Source: Protoeuglena noctilucae
Lineage: Eukaryota
Direction of reading: 5' to 3'
DNA length: 64,000 nucleotides
NCBI GenBank assembly: GCA_958009085.1
Contig: OY253686.1
Span: forward strand, 496,001 to 560,000
Of the stretch, positions 15,001 through 26,503 are shown one piece after another. The notes below the pieces were generated by a model that had not been told where the DNA came from, ran no database searches, and saw only the letters and a program-made list of their open reading frames with translations. The position numbers and the translations under genes were made by a program. Every line of letters starts with the position of its first letter. Position 1 is the stretch's first letter.

Positions 15001-15686
15001 CGGCCCGGACGCTCAGGGTGGGGCTGCTGGTAACATTGGTAACGCTAACGACGACGATAACGACGGCGACGGCTCGCTGTACCTGCGCCCGCGCGCGCCC
15101 ATGATTGCGCAGGCGTCGCCCCGCACCTACCGCGTCGCTGCGATACCCGGGGGTGGGGGTGGCAGTGACCGTGGGTATAGTGATGGGCCCGGGGTGTCGA
15201 TTGCGCAGTCGACGAGTGTGGGGTACCCCAAGCGAGCAACTGCGGGGGAGGATGACCCGGTCGCCGCGCCACGCATTCAGCGCACTTTGACTGCGCTGGA
15301 GGGAAGGGCGGGTGCGGGGGGGGGTGCGGGGGCGTCGAGGGTGCGGGAGCGGGTGCAGAGCGTGGTGGGGGATGGGGGGGCGCCGGCGCGGGTGCGGCAG
15401 GCGCGGAGGCCCAGCGAGATGCTTGCGGCGGAGGTGAGGGGTAGGATGGTGTGGGTGGAAGAGTTGCGAATGCGAGTGAGATGCGTGTGTTGGGATGGCG
15501 GAGGGGGCGAGGGCGGTTGCACTGTCTGTGCTTGGGAGAGCAGCTTATCGAATGCAATTGTGCTTAATCTACTCGTTTCATGCATCTCCGCAGATGACGC
15601 GGTCGCCGAGCCGCAATGGCAGGAACAGGAGGGCCGGCGCTCTGCCATTCGGCATCACAAACGTGCTGACGGAGGAGTACGGGTAG
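1..15686 (+). CDS. Dynein heavy chain-like protein, highly divergent, about 30 exons, 5' end outside the window (AAA2 to C-terminus)
   Basis: Dynein motifs occur in the expected order across spliced exons: AAA2-like LFGYF..W..GLL and FACETETLAGLSPA (2-450); AAA3 P-loop IVLGPPAAGKS (~1370-1402) with Walker B VIVLDDLHLP (1647-1676); AAA4 HAVLDGPLGSGRHSCVRLAA (~3635-3695); stalk coiled coil (5128-5447); microtubule-binding domain EMKELKAYSNPP and EPEFRPEAVAQVSR..AEWV; LEGDCLMAAACVTYLGP after the stalk; AAA5 PLLVDPSNQA; LTPFQK; AAA6 GSWVVVLNA and HPNFRLII; C-terminal PDGVYLTGAYMLGGIWD. The last exon 15594-15686 ends in TAG. Confidence 0.88.
1771..1979 (+). repeat. Intronic minisatellite, ~24-nt unit ACCACCCCCACTGCCACCCTTACA, about 8 copies
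   Basis: Tandem units are directly visible. The array fills the 3' part of a dynein intron up to the CAG acceptor at 1978-1980. Confidence 0.9.
9692..9850 (+). repeat. (ATTACT)n / (GTTACT)n microsatellite in a dynein intron
   Basis: Directly visible hexamer array. It produces the spurious ITITIT/NSNSNS ORFs. Confidence 0.95.
11487..11580 (+). repeat. Copy of the CCCCCACTGCCACCC minisatellite family in a dynein intron
   Basis: Same core unit as 1771-1979, again just before an acceptor (11583-11585). Confidence 0.85.
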
Positions 15687-16490
15687 ACGACGACAGCACG
15701 ATGTCAAGTAGCCACGTGTATATGATTGCTCGCTTGCTCTCTTTCTGCCCCTTTTCTTCCGGACCACCACCCTCACACCAGTGTCACATCTAGCGCACCA
15801 TGCTAACTTGCATTGTTAGCACGTGTCGATAGCACCACTGTGGTTAAAGACCCTATGATGATATGTCAGCAACGAGGCGTCCTTCCCGCTACGCCGGCGC
15901 GGTTTCTGTCACGAATGTAGGCAGGCCGCGAATCTCATCGATGCAGTCGTCCACTGGCTGTTTCTGACTCCTGGCCTGGCGCTGCAGCGCGTCTCTGGGC
16001 GAACAGGGAGCGCCTTCGTCGCGTTTCGTCACAAATGTATCCACGCAGTGCAGAGGATGTTCGCAAAACTGCAACTATAGCCAGCACACCCGTCCATAGC
16101 AGTCGTGGGACATTGGCGACCGGTTCCGCAACCACGGACCGGGCCCTAACGCGAATGAGTCACGCTTTGTGCAGAGGAGCACCCGAACCACCCATTACAG
16201 GTACGCCATGCGCGCGCGGACGGCCCGGCGCACATTCCCCGCTGAGTGAGCCCAGTTCGCGCCATTCCGCGAAGCCAGCAATTCTCGTGCGCACAGGGAG
16301 CGCAGCTGGGAGAGATCTAACAAGCACAGTCATCTGCGACCGGCGAGAGCCGGGCGGGCGCAGCTTACCCGCGTGCGCCACGCCTTAAGGTGCGCTCATA
16401 ACGTCGTGCTCCCGTGCCCTGCGCGAGCGACGAAGGGCTTCGCGGTGTATGCATCCCCTTCGAATATAATCCATTCCCCTCGCTGTGCAG

Positions 16491-19400
16491 GTTCATGTCG
16501 GCGTAGCGCCCGGGATGCGGACGCTGTCGCTCCGTCCGCTCGAGCCGGGCGCCGGCCAAATCGTCGTCTCGCCGGACGGGCGTCAGGTGGCCCTTCTGAC
16601 CCGCGCATCGCTTCATCTCTTCGATGCCGCGTCCGGCTGGCAGGTTGGGGTGATACAGGACGTGTGGGGCGATCCGTCGAAGCAGGGCGACGGACCGTTG
16701 TGCCTGTCCTTCTGCACGCGAGGGTCATGGCTTGTTATGGCCATGGACCGATCCCTGTTGACGGTCTCGACGGCGACCATGATGCAATCCAACGATCCGG
16801 CGCTCTTCTTGCTCCCAAGGCTCCCAGCCATCCCCGACGGGCAGAGTGACGAAGCATACAACGAGGGACTTACCGAGGAAATGTTTATCGCGGCCCCGCG
16901 CGGCGCGCTGGGCGTGGCGCTGTGCGTCGCGGCCACGAGCGACGCCCGGCCCGGCCAGGCCGACCCGCAAAAGTCGGTCCCGGCCCTCATCGCCGTCGGG
17001 ACCGACACGGGCGCCCTGCTGGTCTATGACAGGAGCCAGCGGAACAACTACGATTGGCGCGTGCTGCGCGCTCCCCAGGGCACGCCCCTGCGGTCCCTAT
17101 GCTTCTCTGCGGATGGCCGCAAACTCGCCGCGGGGTTTGCAAATGGTCCCCCGGAGCTCTGGGATCCAAAAGCGGGGTCCTGCACCGCCGTGCGCATGCC
17201 AGCGCAGCTCATTAACATCGCCGCGCCACTCCACTGCCCGCTTGTGGCACTGGAGGGCAGGTGTCTATACCTGGCAGCGGCTGTGGAGGGCCACGGGCTG
17301 GCGATCTGCCACCTGACGGGCGACCGGCACGCGCTGATGCCCGTCTCGCACACTGTGCTGGCCCTCACATTCGACCCGACACCAGACGCGGTGCCTGCGA
17401 GCGCCGCGCGACCCCGGCCGTGCTTGCTGGGGGTGTTGACGGACTGGGGAGTCGCGGAGCTGGATGTGGAGGCGGGGGCGTGGATAGGAATGCAGGAGAG
17501 CAGAGAGGGCGCTGCGAGGGAGGCAGGGCCGGTGACAGGCGGGGCGTTGGCGAGGGTGATACCTGGCGATGTGGGGTCATCCCATGAAAGTGGGTTGCGG
17601 CTGCCGTGGCGGGTTCTCAGGGCCTCGCGCGGGGTTGGCGGCGGGGGTGGGCGCTTGTCGGTGCAAGCGACGGCGGGGTCGGAGCCTGCGAGGGTGCTGG
17701 GGCGGGCGGCGGGGCGTGGGGTGGCGGCGGTGGCGGTGGCGGGGAGGGGCGACAAGCAGGCGAGTAATGAGGGTGTGTAATTGCGTACAACACTTGTGCG
17801 TTTGATTAAGTGTACTCCATGGGAATGTAGGAATGTGCACATATGCATGGCGTTGGTCGCCTTGCCAACCAACCTAGGTCGCACCTACCACCCCATGCAC
17901 TTCCATTGTCACCCATCAAATCTGGCCATTCGCAGGCCATCGCGGTTCTCTACACCAACTCCTCCCTCGTCGCGTTCCGCGGCGCCTCCCTGCGCCCCTC
18001 TGTTCTGGATATGGCCAAAGACCGTGCCTCTGCCATCGCCGTCGGCCCCTCCGGACGCTCTGTGTTGGTGGGGACCGAGTCTGGCTTTTTGCGGGTGTTC
18101 CGGCCCACACCGACGATTAACGGCGAGAGCACTATTACTAACACCGCTACTGCTGCCGACGACGTGGCGGCTTTGGCGTCGGTTCTGGCGTCATCCAGCC
18201 TGGGCGGCATGGAGGGGTGGTACGAGGACGCGTGACTCTCGCAAGGGGTGCGGGGGCGCGGGGGTGTCTGCGGTGGGGTCGATTGACGTGGCGGGAATGG
18301 AGGTGGCGTTTGCGGGGGACGGGACGGGACTGATGAGAGTCACGCACCCCCAGGCGCCGGCCCCGGGGGTCGGCCCCCGCCACGCGAGCCCCGTCGTGGT
18401 TATTACCGCTGATAAATCCCATACGCGCGTCGCCACGGGTGCCGCGGACGGCGAGGTGCGGATCTGGGACTTCAGGGGCTATCCCGAGCACAACGGCGTG
18501 CTGCGGCGGCTGTCGGGCCAAACGTGCTGTCTGGCGTTTCTGGCGCCGGGGGTGCTGCTGACGGGAAGCTGCGAGGGGGAGCTGGTGTGCTGGGAGGAGG
18601 TAGAGGAGGTGTGGCGGGACGTGCCCCTCTCGCTGCCGCCCGCTTTGCAAGGACCGCCCTCGTCCAACCCCCAACGCCCGCTCTGCGCGGGGGCGCCTGA
18701 GGGTTGGGAACTGCGAACCGGGTTTACAGAGCAAACGGGGAACGCCAGTCACAGCGGTGGGGGCGTTTGGGGCGGTGGGGGTATGCGGGGCGATGGTGGT
18801 GGTGGCAGCGGGGGCGTGCGGGGCGGTGACGGTGGGGTTGGCAGCGACGGGACCAACGCCGCCCCATCGTGGCCTTATCTTATCACCGCTCGGGGCTCCT
18901 GGCTGACCGTCTGGTCGCTGCGCCGTGCTCCTCACGCCCCCGATTGGTCCGCCCGCCACGTCGCATCGCGCGACATGGGCGGCAGGGTCACCGCCGCCTG
19001 CCTCGCCCCCGACCTCTCCACCCTAATCATCGGCACAGACGCCGGCGTGCACGTCGCTGACTTCCTGCCCACCGGCCTAGGCACCATTTCAGATGACCAG
19101 CCCCGCCCAGACTACCTCAGCTTCGCCCCAGTGTCTCCCACCCCGCCCTTTGCCGCCGCATGGCACGCCCTACCCGCCCGCGACCCCTGGGGCCCCGCGC
19201 ACGTCGCCGCGCCCGTCTCACGACCCCCACCGCTGTCCTTCCCGCTCACCTCCGTCCCGCTCTGGGCCCCCCAGCCCCCTCCCCAGCGAAACGCGATACT
19301 GGCGACGTCGCCCCCCGTGCCAGGAAACACCCTCCCGGGCTCGCCCGAGGTGTCCTTAGGGAGCGGCATCGCGAGTGCAATATCGCACCTCTGGAGGAGC

Positions 19401-19877
19401 GTCTGTGGCAATGAGGCGCTTGCTCAGGGTTTTGAGCGGGGGCTGGCGAGGGGACAAGGGGGCGGGTCGAGGCACCGAGGGGGGTGGGGGGGCGGGGACT
19501 GGTGCGGGAGCCCGACGTTAGATGCGGGGGTGGGGGTTGGGTGGGGCGGGGGTGACTGGGAGGGCCGGGGCGGCCGGTCCCGGTCGCACAGTCGTGGGAG
19601 GGAGGAGCGTGGGCGTTACGGGCGGTCGCGGTCGCCGGATCGGATGCCGGCTGCGTTTGCGGACTGGCAGCGGCGGCGGGCGGAGGTGTGGGGCGCGTGG
19701 TTTGGGGAAGAGGCGGGGCGTGCCGAGTGCCCCGCGTGTCGCCGCAGCACGTTGGTGCAGGGCAGCCCGGACTGGGTTTGTGCTGTGAGGGCGCCGGGGC
19801 TGGATGCCACGAGGCTTGGCAATTTGCGGCCGGTGTGCCCCGCTTGCGCTGCAGGGCCGGCGGGGGGTGCGGAGTAG
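16491..19877 (+). CDS. WD40-repeat protein with a C-terminal degenerate HNH-like/zinc-finger domain; first exon not resolved; apparent frame break near 18235
   Basis: WD40 blades: IAVGTDTGALLVYD, SLCFSADGRKLAAGFANGPPELWD, AIAVGPSGRSVLVGTESGFLRVF, RVATGAADGEVRIWD, LLTGSCEGELVCWE. A GC-AG intron at 17760-17935 keeps the frame. The C-terminus reads VW..FG...CPAC...NLRPVCPAC. Confidence 0.75.
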
Positions 19878-20239
19878 AGGCAGCGAGGGCGTTTGCGAGT
19901 GCGGGGGTGGGAGCGATGGGATGGTCATGGGGGTCGCGTGGTAGTGAGCTGTTGCGCCATGGTGTAGTCAGAGAGAGAAAGAGACTAATCCAGATGCGGA
20001 TGCAGTGTGTGAATGCGTCTGAGACTACTCGCAGAGGCGGTGTGTGAGATGCTGGTCATGTGTTGATAGCAAAGCTGTCGCTATTCAATCTTTATGTCTT
20101 GAAACTGCGCTAGGCACAACGGCGCCGCCGCTCTTGCGCGCAGCACCTACCATGCCACACCCAGCTTCCCATACACAGCAGCGAGTGGGTTTGCAACCCA
20201 AATCCAAATCCCTCCGATTGCTCGTCTAACAACCCCAAT

Positions 20240-21604
20240 CTACTCGAGCGTGAGTCCGTCCCCACCCCCGCTGCTACCCTCACCCCCCTGTGACCCTCCC
20301 CGCCCCTGCCCTTGCAGTCGCCCCTGCACCACCCCGTCACCCAACACCGCATGCCTCGGGTCTCGCAGGAACTGATTCTCGGCATCTTCGGAATGGTACA
20401 CGCAAGACAACTCGGGGCTGCGAGGGAGCGGGATGCGGGGTTTAAGGATCAGTGAGGGGGCGTGGGCGTGGGCGGGGTTGGAGAGCAAGCGAGCATGCAG
20501 CTGAGGGGTGGGGCGAGCAAGCATGGCGGAGCAAGGTGCAAGCAATGAAGTGTGCGGGCCATTTATCACATCATCATGTCAATATCAGACATCACCTTCC
20601 GTCGATGTCCCCCACGAAGGCGAAGGTGTTCATGCGGTTCTTGCACGACATGACCTGCTTGTCCGTGACCAGGCTGCGCTTCTCGAGCTGATTCACGTTG
20701 GAGCGCTTCAGCACGCATCCCGGCTGCGCGGCGATAAGCGATGCGGGGCTTTAACATCAAGTGTGTCGCGCAAATGGCGCGTCGTTCGCTTTCTCCGCGC
20801 GCGAGCCGGGACTCGCCTTGACCTCCGGCTGGGTGACGTACACGTTGAAAGGGTTGAAAGACACGAACACCCGCTCGTCAAAGACCATGGCGCTCGACCC
20901 GTAGGACATGCAGAGCTCCGCGTTGGGCGTGCGGCGGTCGATGATGGCCGTGCTCGCCACGTTCGACGGCTCGAAGTTGGCCTCGGAGGAGAACCAGACT
21001 CTGAGAGCGCGGATGGGACGCAAGCACGGTCGCCGGAGAGCGCGGGCGGCAAGGAGAAAGAGCGGAGCATTGGGAAAGGGCCCTGCGCCGCGGAGGAGCG
21101 TCGCGGGCCGCCCCTCACCCGGCGCCCATTCCCATGACAAACGACCCCGCGACCAGCGCACGCGTGAAGCCGTTGAAGCCGCCCCCACCGCCCTCGGGGC
21201 CCTGTGGCCTCGGCGGTGGCGGGGGGCCCTGGGGGCCGCCGGAGGCTGCGAGGGAAGACAGGGAAGCTTGAGGCTCATTCTCTGCTGCATCTTTGTACCA
21301 ATCACACCGGCACTCGCGCGGCATACCGTCCGGAAGCGGCGCAGTGCGCCTCACCGGGGGAAGGTGGGAAATCGTACGATTCGGGCCTCGGTCGGTCGTT
21401 CCTGCGCGTCGCCACGCCTCCATCTAACCAGCGACGGTCGTCCGCGGCGCGCGTGAGCGTACGGACGGGCCGAGGTAGCCTGAGGCGCCACACGCGCGTT
21501 GTCGTCCCAAGCGTGCAGCCGAGGCCGTGGGCGGAGGCCGCGAGAGCAGCGCTCTCTGTGCGTCTCGTGCCCACGCACGAGGCTATTGCTGCGCGTGCGC
21601 TCAT
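20240..21604 (-). CDS. DUF3172-family protein (cyanobacterial/plastid type), 5 exons, with probable transit peptide
   Basis: Spliced product contains GSFVMGMGAGVWFSSEANFEPSNVAS..IDRRTPNAELCMSYGSSAMVFDERVFVSFNPFNVYVTQPEVK|PGCVLKRSNV..CKNRMNTFAFVGD..PELSCVYHSEDAENQFL. ATG at 21604 begins an Ala/Arg/Ser-rich N-terminus. Confidence 0.82.
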
Positions 21605-22188
21605 CCCGCCTGCGCCTGAACAGGAGCGCTCCAAAATGCCAACGTGTGCTGAGCGAGGGCTGAGAGTCGACTCGGCGCCTAAACCACGCGTGAAGACATT
21701 GCCACAGAAAGCGAATGCATGCGTGCGAGGGCCTGCAGCACGCTCATCGCTACGCTCGCACACCTCCTGGCGCTGCAGCGCAAGATGGCTTTTTAATATG
21801 CGTTTCAAGTTATCCTAATTCCAATGGCATGCTCGACTCAAAGATGGCGCCTAGCTCGCGCCTAGCACTGCCTTGGCTCCCGAACTGCCCCGGGCTTGGT
21901 ATGGGCTGGAACAGACCTAGCGAGCGCTCGCGACCTGCTGGCCGCAGAGGCCCTGCGTTACACCTAACATCGATCCGTACGTTTGCGAACAGATATGTGC
22001 CGGGTCTCACCACCTGGAGAGCACCGTGGGTAAGCGGCCCTGGGCGAGCGCTGTGCACGTCTCCTTTGCCTGCATCGGATCGAGCCACGTCGTCGGGCAG
22101 AAGACCCCGCTCCTCGTTTGGAATGCGCCGATGCGGTCGCCGACAAAGGACCTGCGACGAAGGCGAGGCAGGCGTCGTTGGCGTGGCA

Positions 22189-24648
22189 TCAGCATGCGCA
22201 CAACCACGCTTTCTGATGCCTGCATCGCATCAGATAGCAGTGCATCGCTCGCCTGGCGAATCCCGGCAAAAAGTCCCACGCGCGGCGCACGATGGCCTCG
22301 CCCAGCAGCGACTCGACGCCCGACGCCTCGATCCACCACCACCACCGCAGCACATGCGCCATTAACACGCACACGACGTGCACGTACGTCGTGCAGAGCA
22401 GGCGGTAGAGGCAGTAGAGAGGCATGCGCACGGACGGATTCGGGAAGAAAGCCCCGAACTCCTGATACATGAATCCCAGGCCGCGGTTCTTGCCCTTCTT
22501 GCCCCGCGGAGCCCGCAGCCGCTCTCTGGCCTCTTTGCTCAGCCGCCGCGCCACGATGCTGTTGAAGAGCCCTGTGGGATAGAGATGCAGGAAAAGTTCC
22601 TGAACGTTGCTTGCGATTCGCACAAAGTCAACGTGCTGTGATGTGCGCATGGGTGCGGCAGTCGTGCTGGCCTGCGGTCCCCCCCTCACACGCCATCACG
22701 TGCGGATAAGCATGCTGAGCATGCTCGCCTGCAATGACTCCCTCAAACACTAGCACGACTCCGTGGGATGAGAAGAACAGCACCCATATGACCGGCGTTT
22801 GTCCTGTGACATGCCACATCGTCCACACGTGAGCGACTCCCGATGTAAAGAAGGTCGCGATGGTTGCGATGGCGACGACGGCAGGGCCACGGCGGGGCTT
22901 AGGGCCACCTGGGAGGACAGCTTAAGGTAGACGATCGATAATATGCATATGGTTGTTGTCATACGATTGTTGTCATGTCAGCGTGGTGGTTTGCCGGATC
23001 GTCACCACCGCTCTGCCTCTGCCCCGACCCCCAAAGCAGCGCAGGGGCGGCGCGGTGCAGCAGATCACATCAATGTCACCCTCTTCCCTCACACAGCACA
23101 TTGATGTGACCCTCTTCCCTCGCTATCGATATATCCTCGCCTGATCGTTTCTTGACCAGGGTCCCCTCGATGATGGGATCGAACGCGATGTCTTTGAGCA
23201 GCAGACCCGCGAATCGATTCCACCGCTTCCAGAAGTCAGAAAGGGAGAAGGGGAGGTAGGGGTTGTCGAACGAATCCACGCTGTCGATGCCTGAGGTGGT
23301 TGAGTGGGAAGCGAGAGCGAGTGAAGTCGTGGCACAGCGAACATGCTACGGCTGCCGCAGATCACAAGCAGGCATTGCCCGACCGGTGCCGTTGCGCCGT
23401 GCATGCACGACGCCATACATTCCTCACCCGTGAGTAGCTTGGCGAGGAAGGACGCGATGGCCTCAACGCTCCCGAGTATGCCGAGCATGACGGTCAGCCC
23501 CAGCGTGTTCTTCAGGTGCCGGTGCATGTTGGGAAACTCGAGATTGGCCACGGACGTCGCCGTGAGCATCGTGGTCCAAAACACCGCCACCATCAGCGAG
23601 TCGGCTTTGAAGCGTGCCTGGTGCTCCGAGACGTCCAGTCGCATCCGGGGGAAGTGAGGCAAACTCGCCAGCAACCGCCCCGTCAGCGACGATCCCGACA
23701 CCTCATCCCCAGCTCCCACCTTGGCGCCTTCACGGCCGCCGAGAGCCTTACCACCCGCACCGTCCGCACCGTCCGTCGTCTCGGCGTTGCTCACGCTCGC
23801 CACCGTGCTCGCGGATGAGTGCGCCGCGCCGCCGCTGGCGGTGGGGGAGCCGCGGTGCCCGGCGTGGGACCTGCCGTGGTGCGAGCCTTCCTGAGAGCCC
23901 CTGGGGGCAGGCAAGGGGTCGGAGTTGAAGGGCAGTGGCAGCGGCAGTGGTAGTGGCAGCTGCAGCGGCAGTGGCAGTGGGGTTGGTGGCAGTGGGGGTG
24001 GCAGCGGCAGTGGCAGTGGTAGGGGCACACAGTTAATGGCCCAATGCCTATCTATCTCACCCGGTGGAATCGGAGGAGTCAGAGGGAGAGATGTGCTCTG
24101 GGTAGGCTGGCAGGAGGAGGAAGGCTGTGAGGTCCAGAGGCGAGTCGCGACCCACGTCGACGAGTTGCTGCAGCGGGCCGCGGCCGAGGCTCAGCGACAG
24201 GACCTTGGTGGCGGCCCACCAGGACAGGATCGTGGTGAGAGGGCCGCGCAGGAGCGGGAAGCGAAACAGGTCGAACGCATAGGGGGCGACGGTGAGGGCC
24301 ACGAGAACAGGGCTCAGCGCAGCGAATCGCACGCGGCCCGGCTTAATCGCTGAGTCGACGACGACAGTCCGGACGTACAGAGCCGACACGAGGCATGTGA
24401 GCGCGACGAACGAGGCCTGCGTAAATGGCCACAAGTCGCGAGGCCTGAGGTGGGGCCGCGGGCGCATCCGACAGCGAATGTAAAAGCGCGTTGATGCAGG
24501 TCCATAACGAAGGTCGGACGGACGGAGCCATGCATCAAACAAGGCCCCGGCCGGGGCGCAAGGGCGCGGAATAAGAAATAGCTCGGGCGCACCTGGCCGA
24601 CCAGTCCTCCGCCATCTAGGGCTGTGCGGAGGGCGTCCTCGACTCTCA
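22189..24648 (-). CDS. MBOAT-family (wax synthase/sterol acyltransferase-like) membrane O-acyltransferase, multi-exon
   Basis: MBOAT_2 signature FDNPYLPFSLSDFWKRWNR (23215-23275) and TFFTSGVAH with the catalytic His (~22825-22855), plus hydrophobic N-terminal helices. The start codon is uncertain. Confidence 0.8.
23931..24020. repeat. (GGCAGT/GGCAGC)n low-complexity tract in an MBOAT intron
   Basis: Directly visible hexamer array. Confidence 0.85.
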
Positions 24649-25116
24649 TGTCGACGACATGGACAGGCGCTCCAGCCCGAGGGAAGCAGATGCCGGCGAT
24701 GGGCGAAGCGGGGAGCGAGAGCCCGCTGCGACAGTTGAGCTCGGGCAGATTGATCGTGGAGAGAAGTGCGACGCGACAGCTCCCGGCACCCTCGACTCTA
24801 CAGCATGCGAATTGAGCAGTCTCGTACGAGGGTCGCTGTTGTGTCGTCTTAGGTGAGGGCTGTGTACTGGCAAGTGCGCAGCACGTTTGGCAGTGATAGC
24901 CAAACAAGACGCTGTCGTCATCCACGCACTCGCAGCGCAAAGCGCTTGCAGGCAATGCGAAGCGCGAGGTGCTTGCGTCCCTGCCCATGCACACGCATGC
25001 ACGCAAACTTTGACTGCCCCCCGCAACTCGGAACTGCGTCCACTTGCTGATATAGTCACCGCAATATCTCTTTCCGGCACATCGCACCCAGCTGCGCGTC
25101 AAAGACCCGCGGAGCG

Positions 25117-26326
25117 ATGGCTGCGGCGGCGTGCCCGCGAGCGACGCATCATCCGCGGACGCCCGCGCGTTTCTCCGCCCACGCGGGTCTCCGGCGCGGC
25201 AAAACGCGAGCCGCAGTCGGCATTGGAATTGGTACGGACAGACTTACGGGTCTCCTGGTCGAGCAGGCAGCGAGCTTCGCTATACGCCAGATGCTTCACT
25301 CGTGCGGGGCGGTGGAGACCCGCGTCTTCGCCGATGCGGCCGGGCTGCTGCGCGGAGAGGTCCAGGGCGTGCGCGTCTCCGGCGAGCGATGGCTATCGCC
25401 CCAAGGCCTCAGGTGCGCGCCATGCAATGTGTGCATTGCATCGTCAGCCCGGCGCTTCCTACGTGCAGACCTTCTCAAGCCGACCATGCACCCTCACATC
25501 CATTCCATTACATGACACCCTTCCTGAACCCGGACACAGTCTCACCAACCTGTACTCCACACCGTGGCCACCACTGAACACCCCACCATTGCATCGCATG
25601 CACAGTTGCCGCACGATCGAGGCGGAGGTGTCGCGCGCGGCCATTGACGTCCTCCAGGTCCTCCTCCGCCAGCGCATCGTGCTGTCCAACATCCCCACGG
25701 GCACAGCACGTGTCACGTTCACGGCAGACGACTTCGGCGCCTTCCTCACACACCCGCTCGTGCGTGGGCGGTGCCTCGTGGGCGACGCCGAGTTCCGATT
25801 CCAGGTGTGACACGGTGCTAGCTTCACTACTACTATCTATGTGCACCACGGCGAGCCCCACTACCACCATCCAAATGCTCCACAGCTTGCCCGACCACCA
25901 CCTCCCACGTGCATCACGGCTTGCGCATGGCAGACGACCCTTTTGTTGGTACTAGCGTGCTGACATGTTCATTTGATGAGACACCCGCAGCGGGACGCCG
26001 TCAGCATTTCGCCAGAGTCAAGCTCCGTCGACTTCTTCGGGACGTGGCTGCGCACCGGCCAGCGCTACGCCTGCCGGCTCACCGCGACCGGCAGCCGCGT
26101 CAATTGCACCGCGCGACTGCTGGGGTCCTCGCCGACAGCGGACACAGAGAACGCCGTCGTGGGACGCGGCGTCACGAGGTTCTTCAGTGAGCTGTTGGTG
26201 GACCTGCAGGGTGCGGAACTGACGTTCGCATCGATGGCCGTCACGTCCACGCACGGCGTACCCCTTTTGGACTTGCGGCTCCGGCTGCGCGTCAGGGAGT
26301 TCCCGCCGCTGAGCGTCCGCTTCTGA
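25117..26326 (+). CDS. DUF2993/LmeA-like protein, 3 exons, with probable plastid transit peptide
   Basis: LLRGEVQGVRVSGERWLSPQGL|SCRTIE...ARVTFTADDFGAFLTHPLV matches the family pattern as I recall it. Introns have canonical GT-AG ends. Confidence 0.7.
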
Positions 26327-26503
26327 CGCCGCCCGGGGTCATGGTTGCTATGCCATGACTGTGGCATACCAAGCAAGAGCTAGCGTTGGGAGAGAGAGAG
26401 TTCAGATCCATTCAATCGTTGGTTACTAGTAGCTAGCAGTCTACTACTCTGTAAAACGCGCTGTAGCGAGGTCGACAGACAGTGCAGCGGGGCGGCACTG
26501 TCG

